From a virus (lineage: Duplodnaviria > Caudoviricetes), in the IMG/VR virus record IMGVR_UViG_3300043429_000067, positions 1-58,181 of that record: a stretch of DNA of 58,181 nt. One strand, 5' to 3'. Positions within the stretch are counted from its first letter, which is position 1, and every line of letters begins with the position of its first letter. The notes beneath the pieces are model-generated. The model did no database searches. It was not told the DNA's origin and was given only the letters and a program-made list of their open reading frames with translations. Position numbers and translations under genes: made by a program. This document shows positions 26,475 to 36,719 of the stretch, in pieces.

Positions 26475-29322
26475 CTGCTTTCAACTGACCAATCGTCAGG
26501 TTGTCTATCGCGTCATCGGCGTCATTCAGCATCCCAATGGTTTGTGGGTTGTTGAGATTGATACCGATGACGTATGACTGACCCAGCTTGATCGGGGTGT
26601 CCTTACCAAGATACGCCTTGCCAGACTTCGGTGTGACGTTCAGTCCCTGCTCATCCAGTTCGTTCATGAAGGTCTTGTAGTCTGCGCCACGGGTGGATAG
26701 CCAGCGTCGGAAGTGCGTCTTGTCCAGTAACACCGTACCAGCAGACACTGTGCCGCCCATATCCTTGCGGTAGAAATCGAACCGGGCTCGTATCTCTCCA
26801 CGTGGTACACGGTTGTAATCCATCGTGGGTTTGTTGGTGCCGTTGTGGTACACCTGTACCTGTGCGTCGGCAATCTCGTTTAAGTACTCAGTCAGCAGAT
26901 CAAACGCATCCACCCTGTACTCAGCCACTGTCCTGCGGATAGCACCAATCTGTGCCAGTACCCACTCGGTACCGTTGTGGTTATCGAACTTGATCAGACC
27001 CCAGTCTTTCGCCAGCTTGCCAGCCAGATCAGCCAGCACAATACCCTGCTCCCAGTAACGCTCGGCACCGCCGAAGTCTGCCTTGTATCTAGCGTGGAAT
27101 GTGGATGATGCTTCTGCAATGGCAGCTTTCACACCGTCAGGACCCAGTTCCATCAGCTTGGATATGAACGCCCTGCCGATGTGTCCATAGTTTGTTGTCA
27201 GGAATTCGTAAATCTTTTTGCCTGCTTCTGTGCTGCGGGTAAACATCGGTAGGACAGGTACGCTAACCTCCAGTATCCGCGCCATCTGTGCGTCTGTGTC
27301 CATACCGGATGCGATCAGCTTAGAGTTCATCGACTTGTTGGTAGACACCACCACTGGCATTGCCCATGTCTTGGACTCGCGCTCCTCGGCTGATCGTGTC
27401 AGTCGTGCCTTGTCTCGCCCTTGGCTCACCCAGTATGCGAAGTCACCGACCTCTTTATCGTCCATCATTGTGGCTTCATCGATGGTCATTGGCATGTGGC
27501 AGTACATACCCATCCGGGAGAACAGTGTGTTCTGTGTGTACTTGGCAGCGAAGTGCAGCTTGTCTGGGTTGCCGTACAGCGACTGTATCCACAACTGTGC
27601 CAGTGTCTTACCACCACCTGTGGGACCGTACAGCGATATGGTCAGCCCCTTCAGTCCTGTGAACGCATACAGCGGAGCAGATAGACCAACGCATAGCGCA
27701 AACATGTGCGCTCTCATGTCGGCCTTCTCCAGCAGCGCAGTGAAGTTTGTCCATGCGTCAGCACTGCCGGAGCATCCGTACATATCCTGCCCAAGTCTCT
27801 GACTGGTGGATGCCAGCGCAACTTCTTCCTCAGCAATAGTCCCGTCTGGTTGCTTGCGCAGTATCGTGTCACCGATAACAAACTGGGAGTAGTTCTCTTT
27901 CCACCCGAACGTGGCGTACAGATTCGTCATTGCCCGTCTCTGCCGCAGTTCATCCATGTATGCTCGTAACATATATTGGAAGTATTGAGTCTGTGATTTG
28001 TTGTAAAGGACAATGCCTTGGTCAGCGATTGCCAGCGTGAAGTCTTTATCCTTGGCATCGGTCAGCAATCCCTGCCGCATCGACAACTCTTGCCAGCCTA
28101 CATGCGGACGGTTCCAGTGGTAGCGCACTGTCTCGTATCCGAGTGACTCATCCCTGCCGTACGACACTGGGTATATATCAAACCGGCAGACATCAATGTC
28201 TGTGTCGTCCAACGTCACCTTGATACCAGTGGCCGTACGCTTATATGGTTTGGGTAGCGGTATCTCTAAGGCAATCGGGTCGAGCACCTCAGTGGTTTGT
28301 GCAACCTCTTGAAACTGTGCGCCCAGCCTGATGGGGGAACCGATCTTACCCATGTACGGACACTTGTCGCATCCACTGGGGCGGTCGGCTTTGAACTTGT
28401 CGCATCGTGTCGGACCACTGGCAGACTGCTTCCAATGGTGCATTTTCCTCAGTGTGCTGTTCGGGTCGAACGTCGGATGGTTCTCGCTCCATGCAATCGC
28501 AGTAGCGTCAGCGTCTTGGCAGAACGCAGCCACACCGATCACGTTGTACCAGAACGGCTCCAGCACCTCATGCTGGTTCTCTACCGCCCACTTAATCTGC
28601 TTACACTTGGTAGCGATGATGGCCGCATTACCCGGTGGGAAGTCCTGCTGTACTGCCAGTGCTTGTGCCAACGCACTCACAGGCTTTGTGCTATGGCTCA
28701 CTGATTGAGCTACCGGCACATTGGAAACGTACGGTGCAAGTACTACAAACATGGCATTCAGATCAACCGGCTGGGCATCTACCAACAGCTTGACCTCATT
28801 ACCATTCTTGGGATTGTGTGTACCAATGGGGCGCAGCACCAGTGCATTGTTGGCTGTCAGCCCTGCGTCAACGTCGAACTTTCTGGCTGCTGTTGCTGCC
28901 TTCAGTGCGAGTGCCAGCGGCTTCCACCGCGCAGGTTCAAGCGCCTCGGTCAACACCCAGTACACATGCAGACCGTTACCTGAGTGGACGATCATGGGTT
29001 TAGGCAGTCCCATCTCTGAGATAAACTTACCCAATGCAAGCAGCCCTGCTTTCCAGTCGGGGAATGGTTTGTTCTCTCCGCAGTCAACGTCTAGCGCCAG
29101 TACTTTTGTCAGGCGTACGTTCTCCTGCTTCCTGCTGCCCTTATCCACGAACGTGGATATTCCGAAATATGTGTTGCTTCCGCGCTGATCAAGCGCCAGT
29201 ACTGCTTTCGATAGGTCTTCCACCGAGGAAAAGAATCCCTGCTTTGGCGCACCGTCAATTGTGATCGCCGCATAGAATCCTTCCGATGGTAAGACCCGCT
29301 GAAGAAAACTCAACGTGTCCAT
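26467..29322 (-). CDS. Primase-helicase (AEP-type primase, Cys-rich linker, DUF927-like domain and P-loop helicase)
   Basis: LDVD, SGNGLHVYW, CDKF..GCDKCPY, GPTGGGKT, TIDE motifs. Confidence 0.85.
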   Translation of the reverse strand: MDTLSFLQRVLPSEGFYAAITIDGAPKQGFFSSVEDLSKAVLALDQRGSNTYFGISTFVDKGSRKQENVRLTKVLALDVDCGENKPFPDWKAGLLALGKFISEMGLPKPMIVHSGNGLHVYWVLTEALEPARWKPLALALKAATAARKFDVDAGLTANNALVLRPIGTHNPKNGNEVKLLVDAQPVDLNAMFVVLAPYVSNVPVAQSVSHSTKPVSALAQALAVQQDFPPGNAAIIATKCKQIKWAVENQHEVLEPFWYNVIGVAAFCQDADATAIAWSENHPTFDPNSTLRKMHHWKQSASGPTRCDKFKADRPSGCDKCPYMGKIGSPIRLGAQFQEVAQTTEVLDPIALEIPLPKPYKRTATGIKVTLDDTDIDVCRFDIYPVSYGRDESLGYETVRYHWNRPHVGWQELSMRQGLLTDAKDKDFTLAIADQGIVLYNKSQTQYFQYMLRAYMDELRQRRAMTNLYATFGWKENYSQFVIGDTILRKQPDGTIAEEEVALASTSQRLGQDMYGCSGSADAWTNFTALLEKADMRAHMFALCVGLSAPLYAFTGLKGLTISLYGPTGGGKTLAQLWIQSLYGNPDKLHFAAKYTQNTLFSRMGMYCHMPMTIDEATMMDDKEVGDFAYWVSQGRDKARLTRSAEERESKTWAMPVVVSTNKSMNSKLIASGMDTDAQMARILEVSVPVLPMFTRSTEAGKKIYEFLTTNYGHIGRAFISKLMELGPDGVKAAIAEASSTFHARYKADFGGAERYWEQGIVLADLAGKLAKDWGLIKFDNHNGTEWVLAQIGAIRRTVAEYRVDAFDLLTEYLNEIADAQVQVYHNGTNKPTMDYNRVPRGEIRARFDFYRKDMGGTVSAGTVLLDKTHFRRWLSTRGADYKTFMNELDEQGLNVTPKSGKAYLGKDTPIKLGQSYVIGINLNNPQTIGMLNDADDAIDNLTIGQLKAVT

Positions 29323-29360
29323 TGCGCCCCTGCAAGCGGGGGAATTTCACCCCCGCAGAT

Positions 29361-29645
29361 TCATTTGGTTTCGTTTAACAACTCGATGAGTCGGTCTTTG
29401 CGTTCCTTCTGTGATGATGCAATCACTTCAGGCATCGGCCATCCATGTTGCGTCATCACATTCAGTAACTTGCGAAGCATATTCTTGACTGACTCCTCAT
29501 TGGATTTGCGAATCGTCTTGCCTTTCACCCATCCATAATAAGTCATTCGAGACACTCCTAACAACTCGGACATATCCTGAGTTGTCAGAAGCATATGCTT
29601 GCGTAAAGCCTCGACTCGTGTAAAGTCAAAAGGCTTAGGCATCAT
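29361..29645 (-). CDS. Cro/C1-type HTH DNA-binding protein
   Basis: LTTQDMSELLGVSRMTYYGW. Confidence 0.7.
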   Translation of the reverse strand: MMPKPFDFTRVEALRKHMLLTTQDMSELLGVSRMTYYGWVKGKTIRKSNEESVKNMLRKLLNVMTQHGWPMPEVIASSQKERKDRLIELLNETK

Positions 29646-30618
29646 CGGCGTTTACCTCCCCGACAAGTGCAGCGATCTCGTCAGCCAGTGACGACGCATC
29701 TGCCGCCGCAGCCGGTGCCGGAGCAGCAGCCTTGGGTTTGGTAGCAGGTGCGGTAGCCGCCGCTTTGGGAGCGCCAAAGCCACGTTTTGGAGCAGGAGCA
29801 GGTTCCGGTGCAGGGGCAGGTGCAGGTTCCGGTGCTGCTTGGACTACGGGCTTCGGCGCAACTGGAGCAGGTGCAGCAAGCTGCTGCGTCTGCGGAACTT
29901 GTTGTACACGTGGTGTCTCACCAGTGATCTCTTTGACTTGCGACGAACCGAACAAACTATCAACGGCTTGTTGAACGTCAGCTTCGAGGAAACCACCGAG
30001 GCCGAACTGTAGTTTGGGGAACGACGCATTGGTATCGAATGATACACGAGTCTTGACGATCTCTGGCGGGATGCCACGATGCGACAACTCTTTCTGATAC
30101 TGGTTCAGGCCAGTCAGCGCCGCCGGAGTAACCTCCAGCAGATACACAGGACCTTCAGGGTCATCGGCGCTCACCACAGCCAGACGTTTCTTGTCAGCAC
30201 AGGCTTTGATCTGCTTGCCCTGCGGAGTGATCTTGGAACCCCAAGCATTCTGCGGGCATGAAGCACACAGATCGTTCTGCGGTGCAGTAGATTGTGGGTC
30301 GGGGCCAATGCCGTCCAGCGAGAAGCAATCTGGTGCAGTCGGCTCTGCGTCAGGCTTCCACTCTTTGGCGTACCAAGTCTTCGATACACGTGGGTTAGCG
30401 CCGACGATCACAACGTCCAGTGCAAGTGTGTCAAGTACAGTCTCGGTGTCGCCTTCAAGGATGCGGAAACGTGCGCCCTTGATCGAGATGCGTGGGTACA
30501 TCTCACCACCACTACCCAAGCCACCGGCCAATGATTGTGCCAGTGCAGATGGTGTGCCGATACGTCCTGCCAGATGTGCAGGTACTTGGATGTTTGCTGG
30601 AATAAGTGCTGTGCTCAT
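29635..30618 (-). CDS. Putative ssDNA-binding protein
   Basis: PRISIKG, PDCFS.DG..P, CASCPQN.WGS, KACAD motifs; Pro/Ala linker and acidic C-terminus; in replication module. Confidence 0.6.
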   Translation of the reverse strand: MSTALIPANIQVPAHLAGRIGTPSALAQSLAGGLGSGGEMYPRISIKGARFRILEGDTETVLDTLALDVVIVGANPRVSKTWYAKEWKPDAEPTAPDCFSLDGIGPDPQSTAPQNDLCASCPQNAWGSKITPQGKQIKACADKKRLAVVSADDPEGPVYLLEVTPAALTGLNQYQKELSHRGIPPEIVKTRVSFDTNASFPKLQFGLGGFLEADVQQAVDSLFGSSQVKEITGETPRVQQVPQTQQLAAPAPVAPKPVVQAAPEPAPAPAPEPAPAPKRGFGAPKAAATAPATKPKAAAPAPAAAADASSLADEIAALVGEVNADDA

Positions 30619-30633
30619 GTGTTTACTCTCCTG

Positions 30634-31026
30634 TTAATAATGAGTTCGTTGTGCTGCTACCTGCGGACCTCTGGCTACCTTCGCTTGCGCCATATTCTGC
30701 TCACTACGTACGCCCGCTTCACCAAGGCCAAGTGCGGCTTTCGTCGCTTCACCGACAATATGTTCCGCAATATCCTGATGATCTTTGCAATAGTGGAACG
30801 TCGGTTGTCTTCCTGAGTATCCATCGTCTGGGCGTAATGACTGCACAAGGAATCCGTTGGCTATACGAAACGCCACAATAGCTGGCGAACCTTGGTGCAA
30901 TGAATGGGAGAACCGATCACGTTCTGCTGTCTGTGTACGTACCTCCTCATCTCGTTCATCTTCTATACGCTTGGCATCCTTGATCATCTTCAATAGGTGC
31001 TTCGCAAAAAATAATCTCAGCCCCAT
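30634..31026 (-). CDS. Hypothetical protein
   Basis: Coupled ORF in replication operon. Confidence 0.55.
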   Translation of the reverse strand: MGLRLFFAKHLLKMIKDAKRIEDERDEEVRTQTAERDRFSHSLHQGSPAIVAFRIANGFLVQSLRPDDGYSGRQPTFHYCKDHQDIAEHIVGEATKAALGLGEAGVRSEQNMAQAKVARGPQVAAQRTHY

Positions 31027-31430
31027 TAATCCTCCACTTTTGCTCTCGGTTTACGAACGCTCACCTCCAAACGTGTACCGTAGTTCACGCCGGGGGGAAC
31101 AGCTTTGTTCTGTTCGATGTACGCACGAACAGCGGTTTTGTTTACTGCCTTGTTCAACAGGTCGTACGCATCATGCTCACGTATAAACTGTAATGTCGCA
31201 TCCCAACTCTCCACAGTAGCGTAGTCAGTGGTGGTAAGGAATGCTGTACCTGCATCGGACTTCACGGAAGTCAGCCCCTGTGCATCCATCTGCACCTTAA
31301 GCCATGCTTCCAGCTTGTCCATCTTGCCCTTGATCTCTTTGACCTGTGATTCGATCTGAGTTTCAAGTGCATCCTTCTGCGCACGTAGTTTCATGTACGC
31401 TGATACTGCGTCTTTAATTTGTAGCGCCAT
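31026..31430 (-). CDS. Conserved phage replication-module protein (coiled coil)
   Basis: GAGG RBS; WDATLQFI...PPGVN motif. Confidence 0.6.
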   Translation of the reverse strand: MALQIKDAVSAYMKLRAQKDALETQIESQVKEIKGKMDKLEAWLKVQMDAQGLTSVKSDAGTAFLTTTDYATVESWDATLQFIREHDAYDLLNKAVNKTAVRAYIEQNKAVPPGVNYGTRLEVSVRKPRAKVED

Positions 31431-31431
31431 G

Positions 31432-33000
31432 TTATTTCCTCGTCTGTTCTTGTATTAGATCGAGCAGCAACCCCTGTAACTTCTGTTTGTTTCTCAGCCG
31501 CTCGTACATCTTATGCTCCAAGTCAGTGGACTCTATGTGGATGACGTTCGATACGTTCTTCTTACCGATACGTTCTATCCTGCCATTGGCCTGTACATAC
31601 GTCTCGTTGCTATTGCTCGGTCCATACCAGATGATGGTCGATGCCGTAGTCAGTGTCAGCCCATGCGCCATAGTTCCGGGGTGTGCCAGTAGCACGTGTG
31701 GTTCCTTGGCGTGTTGGAAGTCGTGGAATATCTGGTCACGCTTCGCTTTGGGTACTTCTCCATTGACTACACCCACCGTCCAATGCTTGGCCAACTCACG
31801 CTCCAACATGTGCAACGTACCGGTCAGTGGGACAAATACGATAACTTTATGTCCTGCTTCCTCGATCACCTCCTTCACTAAGTTAATGCGTGGTGAACAA
31901 TCGACCTCGATGTTCTGCCCGTCGTCACCGTACGCAACTCCACAACATATCTGCACCAACTTCTGCAACTTGACTGCCTCGTTCACGGCAGTGATGGTGC
32001 CGCCATTCGTCACCCGCTCCGCAGCCATCTCGGTCACGAAGTGTTTCAACATCTGTTGGTAATGCTTCTTCTGTATCGCGGTCAACTCCACCTGCCGTGT
32101 CTGGATGATGGTGTCTGGCAGATCAAAGCACTCGTCTCGTGTGTACCGCACCGCAGGTTGCAGGATATGTTTCACAATCTCGACCGACTCAGGACGTGGT
32201 ACGAACTTCCACTGACCAATCTTCATCATCACCTGTTCACGAAACGCTGTGAACGTCTTGGTGCAGTACGGACTATTCACCAACTTTGCCAGTGCCCACG
32301 CATCTGTCGGGTCGTTCGGTGTCGGTGTGCCGGTCATCAGCCACAGTCGTGTCTGTGGGTTGTTATCGATCCACTTACGGAATACCTTGAACCGCTGGGT
32401 CGATGGGTTACGCAGCACAGCCGCCTCGTCTACGATCACCAGATCAAATACGTTCGTGGTATGTGGTGCGATGATCGGGAAGCCATCGTGGTTGATGATG
32501 TAAAAGTCTACGTCTTGTTGCAGCAGTTTCATCCTGCGCTCTGCCGACCCATGCAGCACGACGAACTTCCTGTGCACAAGTCCTGTAAAGATACCGTCAC
32601 CCCAGACTCTCTCCAGTGTAGATAGTGGGGAGATGATCAGCACCCGCTTGACCTGCTTGGTCTTGATCAGGTAGTCAGCAGCCCACAGTGCGCTCTGGGT
32701 CTTGCCGGTACCGATCTCATTCAGCACCAGTCCGCGCTGGTTCAACGTCAGGAACGCCGCCGTCTCTTTCTGGTGGTCGAACGGTGTGTGCGGACCCGGC
32801 CAGTCGTAGTAGTGCAGAATAGGGGACGGTGCCTTGATACCCAGATTGCGCAGCACCTTCACCTCGTCCAGTCGGTGGGGCGTGATCACCAGTGGTACGC
32901 CCTTGATCTCGTACGTCTTGGCTGTCGGGATGCTGTCCAGCACCCGGTTCGGATTGTTCAGCTTCAGCGCAAGCGCCTTGGCTTTCTCAACGACCAGCAT
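31432..33000 (-). CDS. SNF2-family (SF2) helicase
   Basis: EIGTGKT, VDEA, MTGTP, HGLTLT, QANGRIERIG. Confidence 0.9.
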   Translation of the reverse strand: MLVVEKAKALALKLNNPNRVLDSIPTAKTYEIKGVPLVITPHRLDEVKVLRNLGIKAPSPILHYYDWPGPHTPFDHQKETAAFLTLNQRGLVLNEIGTGKTQSALWAADYLIKTKQVKRVLIISPLSTLERVWGDGIFTGLVHRKFVVLHGSAERRMKLLQQDVDFYIINHDGFPIIAPHTTNVFDLVIVDEAAVLRNPSTQRFKVFRKWIDNNPQTRLWLMTGTPTPNDPTDAWALAKLVNSPYCTKTFTAFREQVMMKIGQWKFVPRPESVEIVKHILQPAVRYTRDECFDLPDTIIQTRQVELTAIQKKHYQQMLKHFVTEMAAERVTNGGTITAVNEAVKLQKLVQICCGVAYGDDGQNIEVDCSPRINLVKEVIEEAGHKVIVFVPLTGTLHMLERELAKHWTVGVVNGEVPKAKRDQIFHDFQHAKEPHVLLAHPGTMAHGLTLTTASTIIWYGPSNSNETYVQANGRIERIGKKNVSNVIHIESTDLEHKMYERLRNKQKLQGLLLDLIQEQTRK

Positions 33001-33301
33001 AGCTATCCCTCATTGCGATCAACATAGACTCCAACGCCTCTATATCCTCCGGGTTGCGTACGATCAGCCACTTGCCACCAGCCTCCTGTATCTGCGCTCC
33101 AGTGCGCATCTGTAAATCGGTCGGCTTACCCTTGGCCGACTTCACCTCCACCCCTATGAACCGTCCGTACCAGCAGATGATGATGTCGGGGATGCCGCTC
33201 TTGCCAAACCCGTTGTTGCCGGGGAAGAAGTACCACGCCCTCATCGTCTTCAACATCTCTACCGTCTTTGCCTTAACTTTACTCTCTGGGGTAGTAGTCA
33301 T
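32987..33301 (-). CDS. VRR-NUC nuclease
   Basis: TPESKVK, GIPDII, GVEVK, PTDLQ. Confidence 0.85.
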   Translation of the reverse strand: MTTTPESKVKAKTVEMLKTMRAWYFFPGNNGFGKSGIPDIIICWYGRFIGVEVKSAKGKPTDLQMRTGAQIQEAGGKWLIVRNPEDIEALESMLIAMRDSYAGR

Positions 33302-33327
33302 TGTATGTCTCTTTACGTCAATGTCAA
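33300..33327 (-). promoter_or_regulatory. Sigma70-like promoter TTGACA-N16-TACAAT
   Basis: Near consensus; -10 box overlaps the VRR-NUC ATG. Confidence 0.4.
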
Positions 33328-33530
33328 GTTCTATTCTTCAATAAATTTACAAGGGCTGCGAACTCATAGTTTTCAGGTCTACGTAGATACGCCAGTCCGC
33401 TCTGGTATAAGGACTCGGACTCAGCAAAGTTACCCAGACTCAGGCGCTCGGCAATCTCTTTATGCCTTAGGCCATCCACCTGCCGCAGAACAACTACTTG
33501 CCTAATTTCCATCTCTCGGAGTCTGTTCAT
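33324..33530 (-). CDS. Small sigma70 region 4-like HTH protein
   Basis: VVVLRQVDGLRHKEIAERLSL; ATG right after upstream stop. Confidence 0.5.
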   Translation of the reverse strand: MNRLREMEIRQVVVLRQVDGLRHKEIAERLSLGNFAESESLYQSGLAYLRRPENYEFAALVNLLKNRT

Positions 33531-33531
33531 A

Positions 33532-34188
33532 TCAAACCAATGCAGAATCACAATCGTGTCGGGCTGGGCAATAGCGACATAGCCCACTGGGTCTGGCTGG
33601 CCAGCTATCGTGCTCCAAGGAACTGTGTATCCGCTGGATACGCTTCATGATCTCTGCCCATATCTCGTTGATGTTCACCCGGTTGTACGTCTCGGTGTCC
33701 ATCTCCATTGTCTTCAGCCATACAAGACTGGTCTTTACCCGTTGCACCTCGGGGCAATGCTTGAATACTTGCGCTGCAAACATCTGCATCTGGAAGAAGT
33801 CAGGCTTGCGCTTGCCGGTCTTCCAATCCATCACCACAGCGTCATGACCCTTGATTATCAAGATGTCAAGTTTACTGCGTAACCATGCGTCCGCGTCCCA
33901 CCAACCTGTTGGTGTAAGGTTTTCGGTCAGCGTCATCTCCCGCTCGACATGCAACTCCCCACCCGCAGCAGCCTTCTCGACTGACTTACACAGTGGTTCG
34001 TACATCGCCGCCTCAGTGGGTAAATCCGACCCTTTCAGTCGGCTTTCAAGGAAGGCATGTATACGTTCACCATACTTGCTGGCTTCGCCGCCCTCATCGA
34101 TGATGTCTTTGGCAACTCGCTGCCGGTAGTACCTGTACGGACACTGCTCGTACAACTTGATTGACGAATAGGAATGTGCAAGGCGCAT
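33532..34188 (-). CDS. Cas4/RecB-like PD-(D/E)XK exonuclease
   Basis: SYSSIKLYEQCP, LD, DWKTGK, QM..A, CRYCP...C; start reassigned to MRLAHS. Confidence 0.85.
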   Translation of the reverse strand: MRLAHSYSSIKLYEQCPYRYYRQRVAKDIIDEGGEASKYGERIHAFLESRLKGSDLPTEAAMYEPLCKSVEKAAAGGELHVEREMTLTENLTPTGWWDADAWLRSKLDILIIKGHDAVVMDWKTGKRKPDFFQMQMFAAQVFKHCPEVQRVKTSLVWLKTMEMDTETYNRVNINEIWAEIMKRIQRIHSSLEHDSWPARPSGLCRYCPARHDCDSALV

Positions 34189-34240
34189 AGGTTGTCGCCC
34201 CAAGGGTGCCCTTGGGGTATCAGATATTGGAAAGGCCAGT

Positions 34241-34480
34241 TTACTCCACTTCCTGCATACGTTGCAAGCTGTCGTATTTGAGTAGCTCGATGGCACCAAC
34301 AAGCTGTACCAGATCGTCCACACCAGTGGTCATTCGCCGCCAGCTATCGCCAATCTTCATCATGACGACTGCTTCAGTAGCATCGTCACCTGATTCACGT
34401 ACACGTTGGATAGCAGCCTCCAACATCTCGATCACATCTTTGTTACGCGGTTCACGTTTGATTTCTTTCAGGTTGCTCAT
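34241..34480 (-). CDS. Hypothetical protein
   Basis: 79-aa ORF in operon. Confidence 0.55.
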   Translation of the reverse strand: MSNLKEIKREPRNKDVIEMLEAAIQRVRESGDDATEAVVMMKIGDSWRRMTTGVDDLVQLVGAIELLKYDSLQRMQEVE

Positions 34481-34482
34481 GG

Positions 34483-34848
34483 TTATCTCTCGTCAATGAT
34501 TTCAAGTTCAGGGTTAAGGATGCGATGCTTTGCCAGTGCTGCTGTCAGTGAGTCCTCGGTGGGATACGTCAATACCTTGCCGTCTCCACTCTCGATCTGG
34601 TACATGCCACGTTTGGTCTTACGTACAATGATGCTGTTGCTATACGGATTACCATTGACATACGTACGTAGTACGTTATTTACGTTACGCACTACGGATA
34701 TATGCGACCACTTGTTCATCTCCAACTTCATAGACCCAATATCTATAGGCTCAGGTACACCTCCCGTCTCAGCGATATTGGCTACGTTCACCTTCCCGTC
34801 TGCTTTTGGGTACACCCATGCTTCAAAGGTATAGTCATCGCTCATCAC
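34483..34848 (-). CDS. Hypothetical protein with LamG-like fragments
   Basis: YTFEAWVYP and NKWSHISVVRN..RTYVNG. Confidence 0.5.
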   Translation of the reverse strand: MMSDDYTFEAWVYPKADGKVNVANIAETGGVPEPIDIGSMKLEMNKWSHISVVRNVNNVLRTYVNGNPYSNSIIVRKTKRGMYQIESGDGKVLTYPTEDSLTAALAKHRILNPELEIIDER

Positions 34849-36719
34849 GCATCTCCGTAGTTCTTGGCGTAGCCACTTTCACAAGCAACTGGTAAGTCTG
34901 GTGCCCACTTCGGCGGAGTGAACATGATCTGCTCAAGATACTGCTGTGCTGTAGTCGCCATACTTTCCTCCGCCGCGATGATGATCTCATCGTGAACTTG
35001 GAATACAACTTTGTACAACTTGCCAGCCGCGACCATCTGCTCACGGATAACCAATGCAGCCAGTGCTTGCACTACATTCTCTGTCACCTTCCCACCGTAG
35101 ATACGTGTCCATGACACATCGTCCATCGTGCCAGTCGTCACCCTGTCACGTATTGCCTTGCGGTATGAACGCGCATCACTGATGTACTCGAAGCCATTGG
35201 TCGACGAGCGCAGCGCAGGGTATTTGATACGCAACTTGTTCGGCAGGATGATGCCCTCGTTGTCGAACGCCAGCACACCGATGTTGCCATTGCCACCTTG
35301 TACCATCTGAGTCAGCGCGTTACCGCACTGGTTCCACAGTCCTACGATCTTGTGGTTCTTTGCGCGGTACAGTCTGACGATACGCTCGGCCTCGTTCATG
35401 TCGATCTTGACACTGATGCCAGCCTGTCCGATCTCCAGTGTGCGTCTGAACTTCTCTGCACCCATGCCGTAGCCCAGCCCAAGCACACAGGTCTTGCCAA
35501 CAAATCGCTCAACCTTATCCGCTTTGGTAATGGGGCGCCCATATACCTCCGTGGCAAACTCAGAGTACACATCCCGCTTCTCTCTGAACGCTTGCACCAG
35601 ATCATTCTGCCCGGCCAACCATGCAACAAGTCGTGCCTCGATCTGCGACGAGTCTGCTGCTACCAGTACATATCCCTCTGGTGCCTTCAGTGCTTTCTTG
35701 ATCGTCGTGTTGCCACGGCTCGGCAGGTTCTGAAGGTTCAGCTTATCGCCACCGGACAAGCGCCCCGTGTGTGCGCCATAGTAGTTCAGCATGATGGGCA
35801 AGCGCCCCCGCCCAGCGACACCGATCAGTGCGTTGGTGCGCGTCTCCTCAAGGGTAGACTTGACCCCCAGTCGTGCGGACACCACCGCTTGCACCCGCTC
35901 GTCCGGATGCTCCAACAGATCAGTCAGCCCCTTGTCTGTCTTTGAGAACGCCCACGTTTCTTTACCTGTAGTCGGGCTCACCTTGCGTGGTGGCTCTACC
36001 CCAAGGTTCTTCAGGTACTTGGCGAAGATGTCGTTGCTCATCAGCATCTTGGTCAGTGCTTCCTCGCTAACGCCTGTCAGCCCCAAGTCTCCAATGAGCG
36101 TCCGCTTGCGTGTCAGAACTTCAGCAAGATGTTTCTGAAGTAGCGGCACATCCAACTCGATCATCGGCTCGGTGTACATCCGTATGATCTGGTCAATCAC
36201 CATGATCTCAGTGACAGGGAAACCGATGCGCATCCGGTCGAACAATGCCTTGGTAATGTTGACATCGTTCTTGCAATACTCGGCGTACGCTTTCATTTCA
36301 TCAGGCGTAAAGTCTTTCTTGCGTTTCCCCAATGCGTTGGTAACTTCTGTGCCCTTCTGCCCCAGTCCATAGAACGTAGCCAGTGCAGCCAAGCTACCAC
36401 CCACAGTCAGGTTATGGGGAGGCCGCGCCATACTCAGTGTATCCAACCACAGCTTCGGCTTGATTCCGAAATGCCATGACAGGATGGCACCATCGAATGC
36501 AGTGTTGTGACATAGGATAGCTTTGTTCCTGTAGTCGAGGCTGTTCAGAAACTTGCCGGGGTTATCACCTGAGTACCAGTCAGTAGGGTAATCGTTGACC
36601 TTGATACCTACACCTATAACCTCGAACCTATCGTCACGTACGTACGCCTCCGTGGTCATCTTGGATAGTGAGTAGTCCTTATCGTAGTACGTCTCGAAGT
36701 CAATCGTCACTATGTCCAT
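34845..36719 (-). CDS. polA: DNA polymerase family A with 3'-5' exonuclease
   Basis: DFET, HNTAFD, HTGRLS, NLQNLP, DSSQIEAR, KTCVLGLGYG, VHDE. Confidence 0.95.
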   Translation of the reverse strand: MDIVTIDFETYYDKDYSLSKMTTEAYVRDDRFEVIGVGIKVNDYPTDWYSGDNPGKFLNSLDYRNKAILCHNTAFDGAILSWHFGIKPKLWLDTLSMARPPHNLTVGGSLAALATFYGLGQKGTEVTNALGKRKKDFTPDEMKAYAEYCKNDVNITKALFDRMRIGFPVTEIMVIDQIIRMYTEPMIELDVPLLQKHLAEVLTRKRTLIGDLGLTGVSEEALTKMLMSNDIFAKYLKNLGVEPPRKVSPTTGKETWAFSKTDKGLTDLLEHPDERVQAVVSARLGVKSTLEETRTNALIGVAGRGRLPIMLNYYGAHTGRLSGGDKLNLQNLPSRGNTTIKKALKAPEGYVLVAADSSQIEARLVAWLAGQNDLVQAFREKRDVYSEFATEVYGRPITKADKVERFVGKTCVLGLGYGMGAEKFRRTLEIGQAGISVKIDMNEAERIVRLYRAKNHKIVGLWNQCGNALTQMVQGGNGNIGVLAFDNEGIILPNKLRIKYPALRSSTNGFEYISDARSYRKAIRDRVTTGTMDDVSWTRIYGGKVTENVVQALAALVIREQMVAAGKLYKVVFQVHDEIIIAAEESMATTAQQYLEQIMFTPPKWAPDLPVACESGYAKNYGDA

